Positions 1 through 11,035 of a DNA stretch of 64,000 nt are shown here, piece by piece (positions within the stretch are counted from its first letter, which is position 1; every line of letters begins with the position of its first letter). This DNA is from Squalus acanthias (lineage: Eukaryota). Where the stretch lies: NCBI GenBank assembly GCA_030390025.1, contig CM059447.1, positions 19,964,001-20,028,000 on the forward strand. The letters run 5' to 3'. A program made the position numbers and the translations under genes. The notes under the pieces were generated by a model, which saw nothing but the letters and a program-made list of their open reading frames with translations, searched no databases and was not told the DNA's origin.

Positions 1-235
1 ACCTTTTAAATTCCCTCTACCCCTAAAGGTTAGAGGAGGTGGGAGGGTGGGAGACACTACTAGTGTAGTGTCTCGGGCTTAGCAACAGCTCCACCTATAT
101 ACGGGTACCAATGAATTGGCCCCGCCCTCTGACTTTGAAAAAAGCCCGCAAAGCTCCTTCCCCGCTGCCGACCGCTCTGTGGAAGAAAGAAAGGCTCCTC
201 CTCCGCCGCTGTCGACGCTGGTGTGAGGCCTACCT
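1..235 (-). mobile_element. Possible 5' UTR/promoter end of a CR1-type LINE (GC-rich, with hairpin at 51-74)
   Basis: CpG-rich segment with hairpin gagacactac-tagt-gtagtgtctc and CCAAT/GC-box-like motifs. It resembles shark CR1 5' ends as I recall them; a host promoter cannot be excluded. Confidence 0.3.
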
Positions 236-1475
236 GAGCCTCGGGGAGAACAAGCAGCCCAATACTGAGGGAACAAGCACACCTTCAGAGGCTTCTCATG
301 TTGGTAAGTGTTAGATGCAATTTTCTTTTACTTGATAAAATAACAGAACAGCAATGTTCATGAAGTCTTCTGTAATAGGTTTAACAATAACTGGTGTTGA
401 CAATCACATGCTGAATGTCCTATTTCCATATTTGTTTGCTGTGACTCAAACAAATAAATTACTGTTTTGTTGTCATTTTGAGGAGTTTTAATGTTTGAAC
501 AAAAAACAAATTGTGGCTCCCTGGTGCATTCTTGTAACTTGAGGCACTGTACAAGTTGGAAGACCTGTAGCTCACTCGCTCTCTTTCTTTCTTTCCCATC
601 TCCAGTGAATGGATACCTTTGTTCTGGTCAGTGAGCTTGCTCAGTGATACCAATGGAGTGCTGTGGTCCTCTAAGCTTTCCTATATTGCTGGCAGGTCCC
701 AACTTGAATGGGTTGTGAGGATCTGGTGCAGGCAGGAATGTGGTGCCAATATTTTATAGCATGGATTGTGCTGTGAGATGGAGATCAGACAATTGCGTCA
801 ACTAAAGGGGAACATTTATTAACTTTTTCGCAAGAATACACATTTTTATTATTAGCACTGAGGTGTGGAATAAATTTTGAGAGTTAAAAAAAAATCACAA
901 AATGAAGCAAAGAAGTTGTTTCTCGCGATCAATTGATCAGAGTAGATCAATATGACGTGGACTCTGGGGTTTAGAGTAAAATATCAAATTTGAACTGTTC
1001 CCCACAGAAGGAAGACCCTCACGGCTTGGAAATTAATGCAGTGGTGAGGTTAACTATGTTTTGAAGTACAAGGAGATCTTTATTTATCGGCTGTAGTCAT
1101 TTCATTGTCCAGTGGTCTCTTTTCTCCTCCAAGCCAGTTCTCCATTTTTACTTTATGTAGAAATTTGAAACTTGCCACAGGTAGGGTGTTCACTTTCTTT
1201 TGTGCAAGTCTTGCAGTTTCTCTAATATTGTCATGCGACTTCCTGTATATGTATCTCATGCTTTCATCAGTCTATTTATCCAGATGGTGGCTTGGCTTGT
1301 GCTATTCCACCATACTAATTATTTTCCCCACAAAAACATTAACATCACAAGCTTTTCTTATGTACCATTCAGAGCAACACTAATACAATGCAATACAAAT
1401 AGGGGTTGGCTACACATATTGGACTATGGAACAAAACTGTGAAGCTTCAATAAGATTACTCTATGGTGGAGAATT

Positions 1476-1506
1476 AGATAGATAGATAGAGCGATCTATA
1501 TATAAA

Positions 1507-1569
<63 letters not shown>
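1476..1569. repeat. Compound microsatellite (GATA)n/(GT)n/(AT)n
   Basis: Directly visible simple repeats. Confidence 0.95.
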
Positions 1570-1572
<3 letters not shown>

Positions 1573-1967
1573 CTGTTGTGTGTTCAAATGTGACCTACAT
1601 TGATGGTGTCATACACTATTTAGAAGAATGCCATATGCAATATTACTATTGAAATTAGATTCACTCCTAATATTTGGGTTTTATTTCACTGGCAGTAATC
1701 ATTTACTGCTGTGTTAAACCTACGTCTGAATTTGTGGAATATTGTCAACACCATGAAAAGTTCTCTGAATGGCCAGACTGCCATACTACCCTGCTTGGCA
1801 GGAAATGGGAACTAAAATGGGAAATGGATACAATGGCCAAAGTGGTTTTAATTTCACCAATATAGAACAGCTCTGTGGTTTGAAACTAAAGTACATTCAC
1901 GCTAAAGAGAGCAGGTAGATTGCCAAAGTTCAGCACAGAATGGCTAGGAACAAGTGCCAAACTAGTC

Positions 1968-3490
1968 ACACGTCTCTCCTTGGGTACTGTCCCCCTCTCT
2001 TTCATATCTGCTGTCATCACCCCTCTCCTCAAAAACCAACCCTTGATCCCTCCGTCCTTGCAAACTACCACCCCATCTCCAACCTCCCTTTCCTCTCCAA
2101 AGTCCTTGAACATGTTGTTGCCTCCCAAATCCATGCCCATCTTTCCCAGAACTCCACGTTTGAATTCCCCCAATCGGGTTTCCGCCCCTGCCACAGTACC
2201 GAAACGGCTCTTATCAAAGTCACAAATGGCATCCTACGTGACTGTGACAAATGTAAACTATCCCTCCTCGTCCTTCTCGACCTGTATGCAGCCTTTGACA
2301 CGGTTGACCACACCATCCTCCTCCAACACCTCTCCACTGTCGTCCAGCTGGGTGGGACTGCACTTGCCTGGTTCCATTTTTATCTATCTAATCATAGCCA
2401 GAGAATCACTTGCAATTGCTTCTCTTTCCGCTCCCACACCGTTACCTCTGGTGTCCCCCAAGGGTCTATCCTTGGCCCCCTCATATTTCTCATCTACATG
2501 CGGCCCCTCGGTGACCTCATCCAAAAACACAGCCTCAGTTTCCACATGTACGCTGATGACACCCAGTTCTACCTCACCATCACCTCTCTCGACCCCTCCA
2601 CTGTCTCTAAATTGACATCCAGTACTGGATGAGCAGAAATTTCCTCCAACTAAATATTGGGAAGACCGAAGCCATTGTCTTCGGTCCCCTCCACAAACTC
2701 CATTCCTTTGTCACTGACTCCATCCCTCTCCCTGGCAACTGCCTGCGGCTGAACCAGACTGTTCGCAACCTTGGTGTCATATCTGACCCCGAAATGAGCT
2801 TCCGACCACATATCTGCGACATAACTAAGACCGCCTATTTCCATCTCTAGAACATTGCCCGACTCCGCCCTTGCCTCAGTTCATCTGCTGCTGAAACCCT
2901 CATCCATGCCTTTGTTACCTCTAAACTTGACTATTCCAACACAACGCTGGCTGGCCTCCCATGTTCTACCCTCCGTAAACTTGAGGTCATCCAAATCTCT
3001 GCTGCCCATGTCCTAACTTGCACCAAGTCCCGTTCACCCGTCACCCCTGTGCTCGCTGACCTACATTGGCTCCCGGTTAAGCAAAGTCTCAATTTTAAAA
3101 TTTTCATCCTTGTTTTCAAATCACTCTATGGCCTCGCCCCTCCCTATCTCTGTAATCTCCTCCAGCCCCACAACCCCCCCGAGATATCTGTGCTCCTCTA
3201 ATTCTGGCCTCTTGAGCATCCCCGATTTTAATTGCTCAACCATTGGTGGCCGTGCCTTCTGTTGCCTAGGCCCTATAATTCTCTCCCTAAACCTCTCCGC
3301 CTCGCTACCTCTCTTTCCTCCTTTAAGATGTTCCTTAAAACCTACCTCTTTGACCAAGCTTTTTGTCATCTGCCCTAATATATCCTTATATAGCTTGGTG
3401 TCAAATTTTGTCTGATAACGCTCCTGTGAAGCGCCTTGGGACGTTTTACTACGTTAAAGCTGCTATATAAATACAAGTTGTTGTTGTTGT
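1968..3490 (+). mobile_element. 5'-truncated L2/CR1-group LINE (RT pseudogene plus 3' UTR and (TTG)n tail)
   Basis: ORF 1940-2632 has RT motifs PFLSKVLE, QSGFRPCHSTETAL, LLDLYAAFDTVDH, GVPQGSILGP and YADDTQ. It continues after a frameshift (FLQLNIGKTE, RNLGVISD) with stops, and ends ataaatacaagttgttgttgtt. Confidence 0.93.
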
Positions 3491-4936
3491 GTGCTAACTA
3501 CATACAATTTTCCATGGCCAGATCATTTCCATAATTATTTGCAGTTTCTGGTGCAGCCTTAGCCTTGTGAATGAAGCTATCCTAATGGGGGATTGGAAAA
3601 TCACAGTGTAGGTGAAATCAAAAGGGATGCAGCTAGTTATAGGTATGTGGCCAAATAGTGGGAAAAAATCCTTACAGCTTTTCGAAAGACCGAAAAGGTA
3701 ATTCAATGAGGAGGGGAAAAGGAGTGCAGACAAAAATGCTGCTGATCTTGCTTCTTAGCTGACAAGCTCTAATTCCCAATTGGACATGAGAACCCTGCTT
3801 GGCACACAAGGCATCCTCCCCACAGGATAGTCGTCCCGAATGCCGGGAATGAGCCTCACGCTTAAAAGTTAGGGACTGAAGTGACCTTCACAGCCACTGG
3901 CAATGCAGTGCCTGTGGCGGAGGTTGGCTTTTGTTCAGGTTGCAGCACATGGCACAGCTCTGTTACTTCCTCCCTCGTGAATTGGAGCCTATGCACACAG
4001 ACCTCCTTGGAAAAATCCAGGGACATGTGGCTCTGCTTATATCTGAGGATAGGAGGGTAGCAATGGGTGGTCAGGCATCCCTCCATTGCTTTGCTGCTTC
4101 TTCTTGAAGAAAAACAGAAATGGAGTAGGATTCCCAAAGTGCAGAGGTTTCTAAGGCGCGGTCGGTGGGGGGGCGGCGGGTGGTGCGTTACATATTTGGT
4201 TTAAATCCACGCTCCCATTGATTTTCAAATATCTCACACTGATGATACTCACAGATACGCAGAGCCACATGTCCCTGGATTTTTCCAAGGAGGTCTGTGT
4301 GCATAGGCTCCAATTCACGAGGGAGGAAGTAACAGAGCTGTGCCATGTGCTGCAACCTGAACAAAAGCCAACCTCCACCACAGGCACTGCATTGCCAGTG
4401 GCTGTGAAGATCACTTCAGTCCCTAACTTTTAGGCGTGAGGCTCATTCCCGGCATTCGGGACGACTATCCTGTGGGGAGGATACCTTGTGTGCCAAACAG
4501 GGTTCTCACGTCCAGTTGGGAATTAGAGCTTGTCAGCTAAGAAGCAAGATCAGCAGCATTTTTGTCTGCACTCCTTTTCCCCTCCTCATCTACAGGTTGA
4601 ATTACCTTTTTGGTCTTTCGAAAAGCTGTAAGGATTTTTTCCCACTATTTGGCCACATAACTAGCTGCATCCCTTTTGATTTCACCTACACTGTGATTTT
4701 CCAATCCCCCCATTAGGATAGCTTCATTCACAAGGCTAAGGCTGCACCAGAAACTGCAAATAATTATGGAAATGATCTGGCCATGGAAAATTGTATGTAG
4801 TTAGCACACAACAACAACAACTTGTATTTATATAGCAGCTTTAACGTAGTAAAACGTCCCAAGGCGCTTCACAGGAGCGTTATCAGACAAAATTTGACAC
4901 CAAGCTATATAAGGATATATTAGGGCAGATGACAAA
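3362..4936. repeat. Large inverted duplication: arms 3362-4036 and 4259-4936, 222-bp spacer
   Basis: Arms are reverse complements, differing by about 8 substitutions and 3 indels on manual comparison. The mirror ORFs 3862..4137(-) and 4218..4433(+) share the same peptide. Confidence 0.97.
4259..4470 (+). pseudogene. Harbinger (HARBI1-like) transposase N-terminal remnant; mirror copy at ~3825-4036 (-)
   Basis: LDFSKEVCVHRLQFTREEVTELCHVLQPE...TALPVAVKITSVPNF*A*GSF matches the HARBI1/PIF transposase N-terminal pattern; in-frame stops. Confidence 0.8.
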
Positions 4937-5292
4937 GTATTTACTGCACAGAAACAAGCCATTCAGCCCAACAGGTCCATGCTTTACACTCCACACGAGC
5001 CTCCTCCCACCCCTCTTCCTCTAACCCCATCAACATATCCTTCTATTCCTTTCCCCCTCGTGCTTATCTAGCTTCCCCTTAAATGCATCTATGCTAATCG
5101 CCTCAACTACTCCCTGCTCTCTGCCCACATTCTCACCGCTCTCTGGGTAAAGAAGTTTCTCCTGAATTCCCTATTGGATTTATTAGTGACTCTCTTATAT
5201 TTATGGCCCCTAGTTCTGGTCTCGCCCACAAGTGGAAACATCTTCTCTATGTCCACCCGATCAAACCCTTTCATAATCGTGAAGACCTCAGT
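4937..5292 (-). mobile_element. CR1-type LINE 3' end fragment
   Basis: Reverse-complemented CR1 3' ORF2/UTR (ctctctgggtaaagaagtttctcctgaattc, aaaccctttcataat), similar to other CR1 copies in the window. Confidence 0.85.
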
Positions 5293-6149
5293 GTTCTGAG
5301 CTAGGATTTATCCACCAGTGAGGCAACCACTAAAGTCCTTTCTAAAACACCACGCCCACAAAATTCAAGCAGGACAAATTGACAACTAGAAACAGAAATG
5401 CAAACTGCACTGCCAGGTCTGGGGGGCCACCCTGGCCCACTGGCTGCAGTTCGGACACCCCTTTCATGGGGAAACCCATTGCCCACATTTCTGTAACCTA
5501 AGCAAAATATGCAAGAACTGGTGGTATGAAGCCTTCTCACTAACTAAGTGACCAAAAAAAAAACCTTAACCAAAAAACCCACAAAGACTTGCAAGGCACC
5601 CTTCAAAACCTGTGCTTTATCTTCCTTCGTTACTTTACATAAACCCGACTGCATCCCCCATGCAGATCTGATCTAAAGGCCAGGATTTAGCAGGGAATGC
5701 TAAATTACATCATTTGCCCTCATTAAAATATTGAAAATAAGCTCTCGCCTCTTTGTGATGGGAGCTTCCTGCACATTCAAAATGCCCACTGGAGGTGCAT
5801 AACTGATCTCTGCCTACATTTCTGTTCTGGTACCTGCTACTTCCACTAATCTATGGAGCAAAACAGAGCTTAAAATTGAGGCTAATGTGTTCTGATCAGG
5901 ACACTTAAGTAGCGGCGTGTCATGGAGGTGATGGGAGGAGTTAATAAGCCCTATGGTGGGATATAGTTGTTTTAGCATTACCACTACATGTACAACAGCT
6001 CAATCACATTGCCACTGAAATTCCTGCCTTTGTTAATTTTAGCAAAAAAGGAGATACGAGTAAAAAGTGGTGCAATGGAGCTAGAAAGTATCAACAGACT
6101 GTTCTTTTGTGTTTAGCACTGCTCTACTTCTAACCCCTCTAAGCATGCA

Positions 6150-7850
6150 GTGGGTCTGTCCCAATGGAGTCAGCTGCCATGGCATAGCTGAGGTACACTG
6201 CATGAGCAGGCTACGCCTCGACAGGGTGGTTGTAACTCAGGTGTGCCAGCTGGCCCACAAAGACCTGCAGAGACTGTCAACCATCTGGAATGCACTAGCA
6301 GTGATTGTAAATGGCTGGCTTTCTGAATGCATGCTCCTGGGGTGGAGGCTCACCCACCATAATGCACAGAGGTTCTTTCGGAACACACATGTAATTTCCT
6401 GATAATGAGTTTCCAGTGGATGAAGCTCACTGTCGGAAGCACACATTTGGAAAACTGGCCTTTAATAGCCTTCACCGCCATCAATCTTACTGACACAGTG
6501 GCCTTGCATGCACCCACACGGGTCACATCTCAGGAGGCAGCTACCTTGTTTGCCATTTGGCCAAAATCCACAGAATGAAGAAATGAGACTGTGAGTTACG
6601 GCGAAAGTGAATGAATTTTATTAAATTGTGTAGTCATTGGTGTGTTTTTCTAGTGCATTGTGAAGTTTGCTACTTGCGTATGTGCCGTACAATTAGATCC
6701 CCTGGTAGAAAGAGTTGTAGTGGTGGGTGGCTACATAGCCAAATGGTCAGCAGTATGGGGATACAGAGGGCCCACTACTCGATGAACTCAGATCGATCTG
6801 CATCAGTCCCAATCAGCCCTTTGCTGGAATTTCTGTGGGCTTAATGCTTTCAGAGATGATGCCTATTGTTACCTCTGCAGGGTTACATGATGCCACTGAA
6901 TTGTCATTGACATGAGTGCCAACTGGCTGTTTCTGTGCTACTTCATGCATGCCAGTGTTGGATGGCATCCCTTCAACATGTCTGTTGATTTCCATAAACA
7001 TATAAGATTTCAGAATCTTATATGATACAAGATTGTATAAGATTTTGGAAACTCTCCCTCGTGGATGTTTGTAGCCATTCTCCAAGTAAGCTGAAGCCAG
7101 CCATGGCTCCAGCTTGGAGTTTGGGCCCAAAGCCTCAATTGGAGCAGTGGCTACATACATAGGAAATGCTCTGATGGCCTGTGAATCAGGCCAGATAGGT
7201 GCCACTGGGGTTTCCACATGCTTAATGGCAGTTGCAGTACAGATAACTATTCCCCCATGACGTCACATATATGGGTGTTAGACTTCCCATGCTCTTGTTT
7301 TCAAAAAGAGGCAAAGTGACTGCTCAGTATAGTCTGCTGCTGCTGCACTGGCCTCATTTCAAAGCAGGCCCACTAAGGTCTGTAGCCCCATACAACTCAG
7401 TAGAGGTGTGAGCATTCTGCACCCCGTCTCTGCATCGATTAGCACCCTCATGAACCACTTGCAAGCACATTCATCACCAGTTACTTTTTCTCATCTTCAC
7501 TATTTGTGGTGGTGGGTGATTCAACAGTGAGTCGTGATGGTTTGTGCTTTGGCGAGTGCTACTTTTCTGTTTCAGTAGGTCAGTAGGTTCTCCTTGCTCT
7601 GTGAAGAGAGTAGATGGCACATTATAAGTAACCAAGCACACATCACATACAGTTACTACATTGTTGTTGCATGCTCTGCTATGCGTTTGGTCATGTATTG
7701 AAGTAACAATATTGTACAAGTTTCACAAACCCCATGCTTTCCCTTCCAAATAGCTCAACAACAGTTTCCTCATCAGAACTCAGTGCTTATGCTGTCTGGA
7801 AACACCACCTGTTCCACCCATGCTCTCTGATTCTGCACTAGTTTTGCCTT
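6150..7850. mobile_element. Highly decayed Harbinger element: transposase remnant (+, ~6180-6550) and Myb/SANT-gene remnant (-)
   Basis: AEVHCMSRLRLDRVVVTQVCQLAHKDLQ...ALAVIV is HARBI1-like. 6700-7000 is homologous (inverted) to 32500-33180. Confidence 0.5.
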
Positions 7851-8129
7851 TAAATATAACAGCAGTAGGGATTGAGGTATGATGATCTGACCCATGAACG
7901 CAAGTTGCTGCAGCTCATTCTCTCTCCCATCATGGTATGTATAGTGTAATTTTCATAACCACGCTATCTTCATTGCTATAACCTTGCTAACATTTTCTCT
8001 GCTAGTGCAGTTTTGGGGGGCATAAATCTTTAATATGTACAACTTTGAATTATATCCATAAAAGTCCTGTTAGCTACTTAATAGTAATATTCAGGCCATA
8101 CCTTTGCCTTTTAGGTCGTATAACTTTTG

Positions 8130-8320
8130 CTCACCTCTGTCTAGGTCCTTCTGGTTGATGACACAGCGTTCACCATCTTGATGTGTTCCCGTACACAGTT
8201 CATCCTTTGACCACTTTGAGGTATTCTCCCCCACCAAAACTTGTTTTGCCATACTTCATTAGAAGACTCAAGTGAACCTGCAGTGCACTGTCGCTGAAAT
8301 GAGATTTTCTCTTGTCACCA
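8130..8320 (-). pseudogene. Harbinger Myb/SANT-like domain remnant
   Basis: KRKSHFSDSALQVHL...FGGG followed by EHIKMVNAVSSTRRT resembles the Myb/SANT (MSANTD-type) domain of Harbinger elements. Confidence 0.5.
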
Positions 8321-8656
8321 TTGAGTCGTTCTGTACTACAATTGTGCACGCCACAGTTGGGATTAACAAACTTTTGAATCTTTATATACGATTTAAGCTG
8401 CTTGAGAAACCTTAAAGGGTGATCATCGTGGTGCATTGTGACTCTTTACTGTGATTACCACTAATGAATATTATCAGGAAGCGCAAGTTTCCAGAACATT
8501 CATTCCTGTGATTAGTCTGTTAATCTTGACATTGCCAAAGTAGGTATTTTTCACTATTTCTGGGAGATTAGGAAGTTCAGGCCCAGTATTAGACTCAGTC
8601 GCTCCTCCTACCCTATTTCCTTGACTAACTCCTAGTCAACAAATAAAACAAAGATA

Positions 8657-9416
8657 GGGCCAGAAATTTGGCTGTTGTCGGGTGAGTACGCGCTGTGTAC
8701 TCACCCGTAAGGCCACCTGAAGTGCCGGTTTCCTGCATGCACTGCGCGCGGGAAACCGGAACTTCCGTTCCCCTGAAGGAAGGGGTTCAGAAGTCGAACG
8801 CGTGCGCGGGAGAGGCAGCGCGCACGCAGCGAACTTCGTTTTTTTTTTCAGGTTTCTCCGTGAGGGTAAGTATGGAGAAGCTGCACTTTTAAAAAGGAGG
8901 CACAAGGCCTGTTTTTAACAAGGTAAGTGGTTAATTAAGTACAATTTAAAATTTTTTTCAACAGGTTTATCTTTTTTACATACTTTAAAGAAAGGTAAGT
9001 TTATTTTTAGCACCGTTAAAAAGTTTAATTAATTTTTTCAAAAATTAAAATTTTTGTTTAAAGTAGTTAATTTATGTAATTTATAGTTATTTTTAAATGT
9101 GATGGTTTTTAAAAAATGTATTTGAAGTTTTAGTGTGGTTTTGGGGTCGATCCCTATTCATAGATTTGACAGGACTTCCTGTCAAATCTATGAATGAAAA
9201 TTCCCTGCTAGGATTGGCTCTCCATGGCCCACGTGATCCCAGGGGACGCTTCGAACTAACTGCGCCCCTGGGATACGCAAGCACTGTGCGCCGGCAGCTG
9301 CAGGAGGCCCAGGACCCGAATTCCTCGTGGGCCCGAAGCACAACGGCAGGCGCGGTAGGTAAGTACGCGCGCGATGCTTGCACCCGCAGGAAGCCGGAGA
9401 GCCGAATTTCTGGCCC
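8657..9416. mobile_element. Non-autonomous Harbinger/PIF element (MITE)
   Basis: Terminal inverted repeats (TIRs) gggccagaaatttggct / agccgaatttctggccc, flanks ata/att, CpG-rich subtermini, AT-rich core and an internal 40-bp palindrome. Confidence 0.85.
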
Positions 9417-10852
9417 ATTAAGCACTAGTTGTGATTCTTTTGAACGGTTTATGGTTTTCAAATGAATTTGATGACTATTTGTGCTGTATGCATTTACAAA
9501 GAGCAGTTTATTTAAAAATGTAAGTTTCGTGTAATTTACTCCTGGACTGCTTTATTGTAAAATAGATTTTTTTTTCATTAGCTGCCTCAGTATTGAACTT
9601 CGGGCCCATGTCCAATATTTGCACGTCCCCCCACATCACTTACAAGCAGAGGATTCTAATGGCTGTATATGGCACAGTCACTGATGCAAGGAAACTAGAA
9701 ACAAAAAATACAGGTGCGTTCACCTCAAGATTTTTCAGAAGAAGCCTGCGGTGGCTGGGGTTAGGCTCATAAATGTAATTTTGTGTGAGCTTTCCCCAGG
9801 GTATCTTCCTTTTGTTTTCCTTCGATCTGTATGGTGCTATGAAGCCTCCTACATTTTGATTTGTCTGGTCAGCAAGCTCCATTCACTGGCTCTATTTAGC
9901 ATAATTAGCTTACAGTTGAATGAGTGCATGCAGGTAAGAAAGCACATGCAACCTCTTCCCAGGAGATTTCAGCGCAATTGTTTATTAAAAGTTCATCTGA
10001 GAGTGCATGTAGTACGATTCAACAGCTCAATGCGGAAAATTGACCCCTTCCTTGCCTTTGCTGACTGTAGGCTGTTTAAAACTTCCAACTGCTAGCAATG
10101 AAACCGGGAATACAAAGGATCAATTCTTCACTGTTATGATATTGGCACCTGAAGTCAACCATTTTATGAGCTGACATAATATTATGAACATCCAACACAA
10201 AGGATTTCTAATGTTACTTTTGCTCGGTGAAAATATTTTGAAATTTCACAAATGTTGGGTATTATTACTGCCTTTGTAGTTATTAAAATAATAAAGAGTA
10301 AATTCAGTGATCCCACATTGCCAGAAGGAATTCACACTTGAAGGGAGAACGGGCTGGAGAATTGCGCTTATAATGTTGTAACTCTATCTCTGACAGTCCT
10401 CACTTTGAGCGTAATTCCCTGCTGGGTGTGGGGTATGGGTGAATTTATCTGGCACTGTGAGGTTTGCAGAATCACTAATGATCAATTCTTTTGATTTGCT
10501 GCAGGAGCATGTTTTTATTGGTTTCTCAATAATCTTTTGCATTTCAGGCAATTTAAGCTTTGTACTCAATCAGAATAAACTGTCCATTTTTTTTTGTGAA
10601 AAGAGAGAGGGAATGGGGTAGGTGTATTTGCAGAGGTAAAATTCTTCGGTTTTAGTTGCACACCAACGATTTCACTAAGCCGCACCAAAGCTTTCTACCT
10701 GTCTAGACCTGTATGTAGTAGGTCTAGGTTGTCAGGCCACAATGCTTGGACGGGAGTGATGAGGTGGTTGTGTATGTACGTGCAGGTGTATATAGTCCCG
10801 TGTGTATGTGTACATTTGCTTATGTGTCTGTGTTCAGCATGTAAATCTGTGT

Positions 10853-11035
10853 TGAAAACAGAACATGTGGTAATGCACAGCAGGTTGGTTCTCTAAAAGA
10901 GAAAGTCCGGTTAGCATTTTGAGTGGGATCCTTCATCAGGACAGTTCTCTTTCAGATACTGACCGCATTGCTGTGCTTTCCAGCATTTTCTGTTTCATTT
11001 CCGATTTTCAACATTTGTAGTTTTCTCTCTTTCTT
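10853..11035. mobile_element. Degraded PLE-derived repeat with inverted arrangement and decayed hammerhead motif
   Basis: gaaaacagaa...cttcatcagga...ttttctgtttc; similar to 31133-31297 and 32820-33041. Confidence 0.55.

Noticed and set aside
1920-2615. 231-aa Ser/Pro/Thr-rich ORF
   Set aside because: Alternative frame of the C-rich LINE RT sequence.
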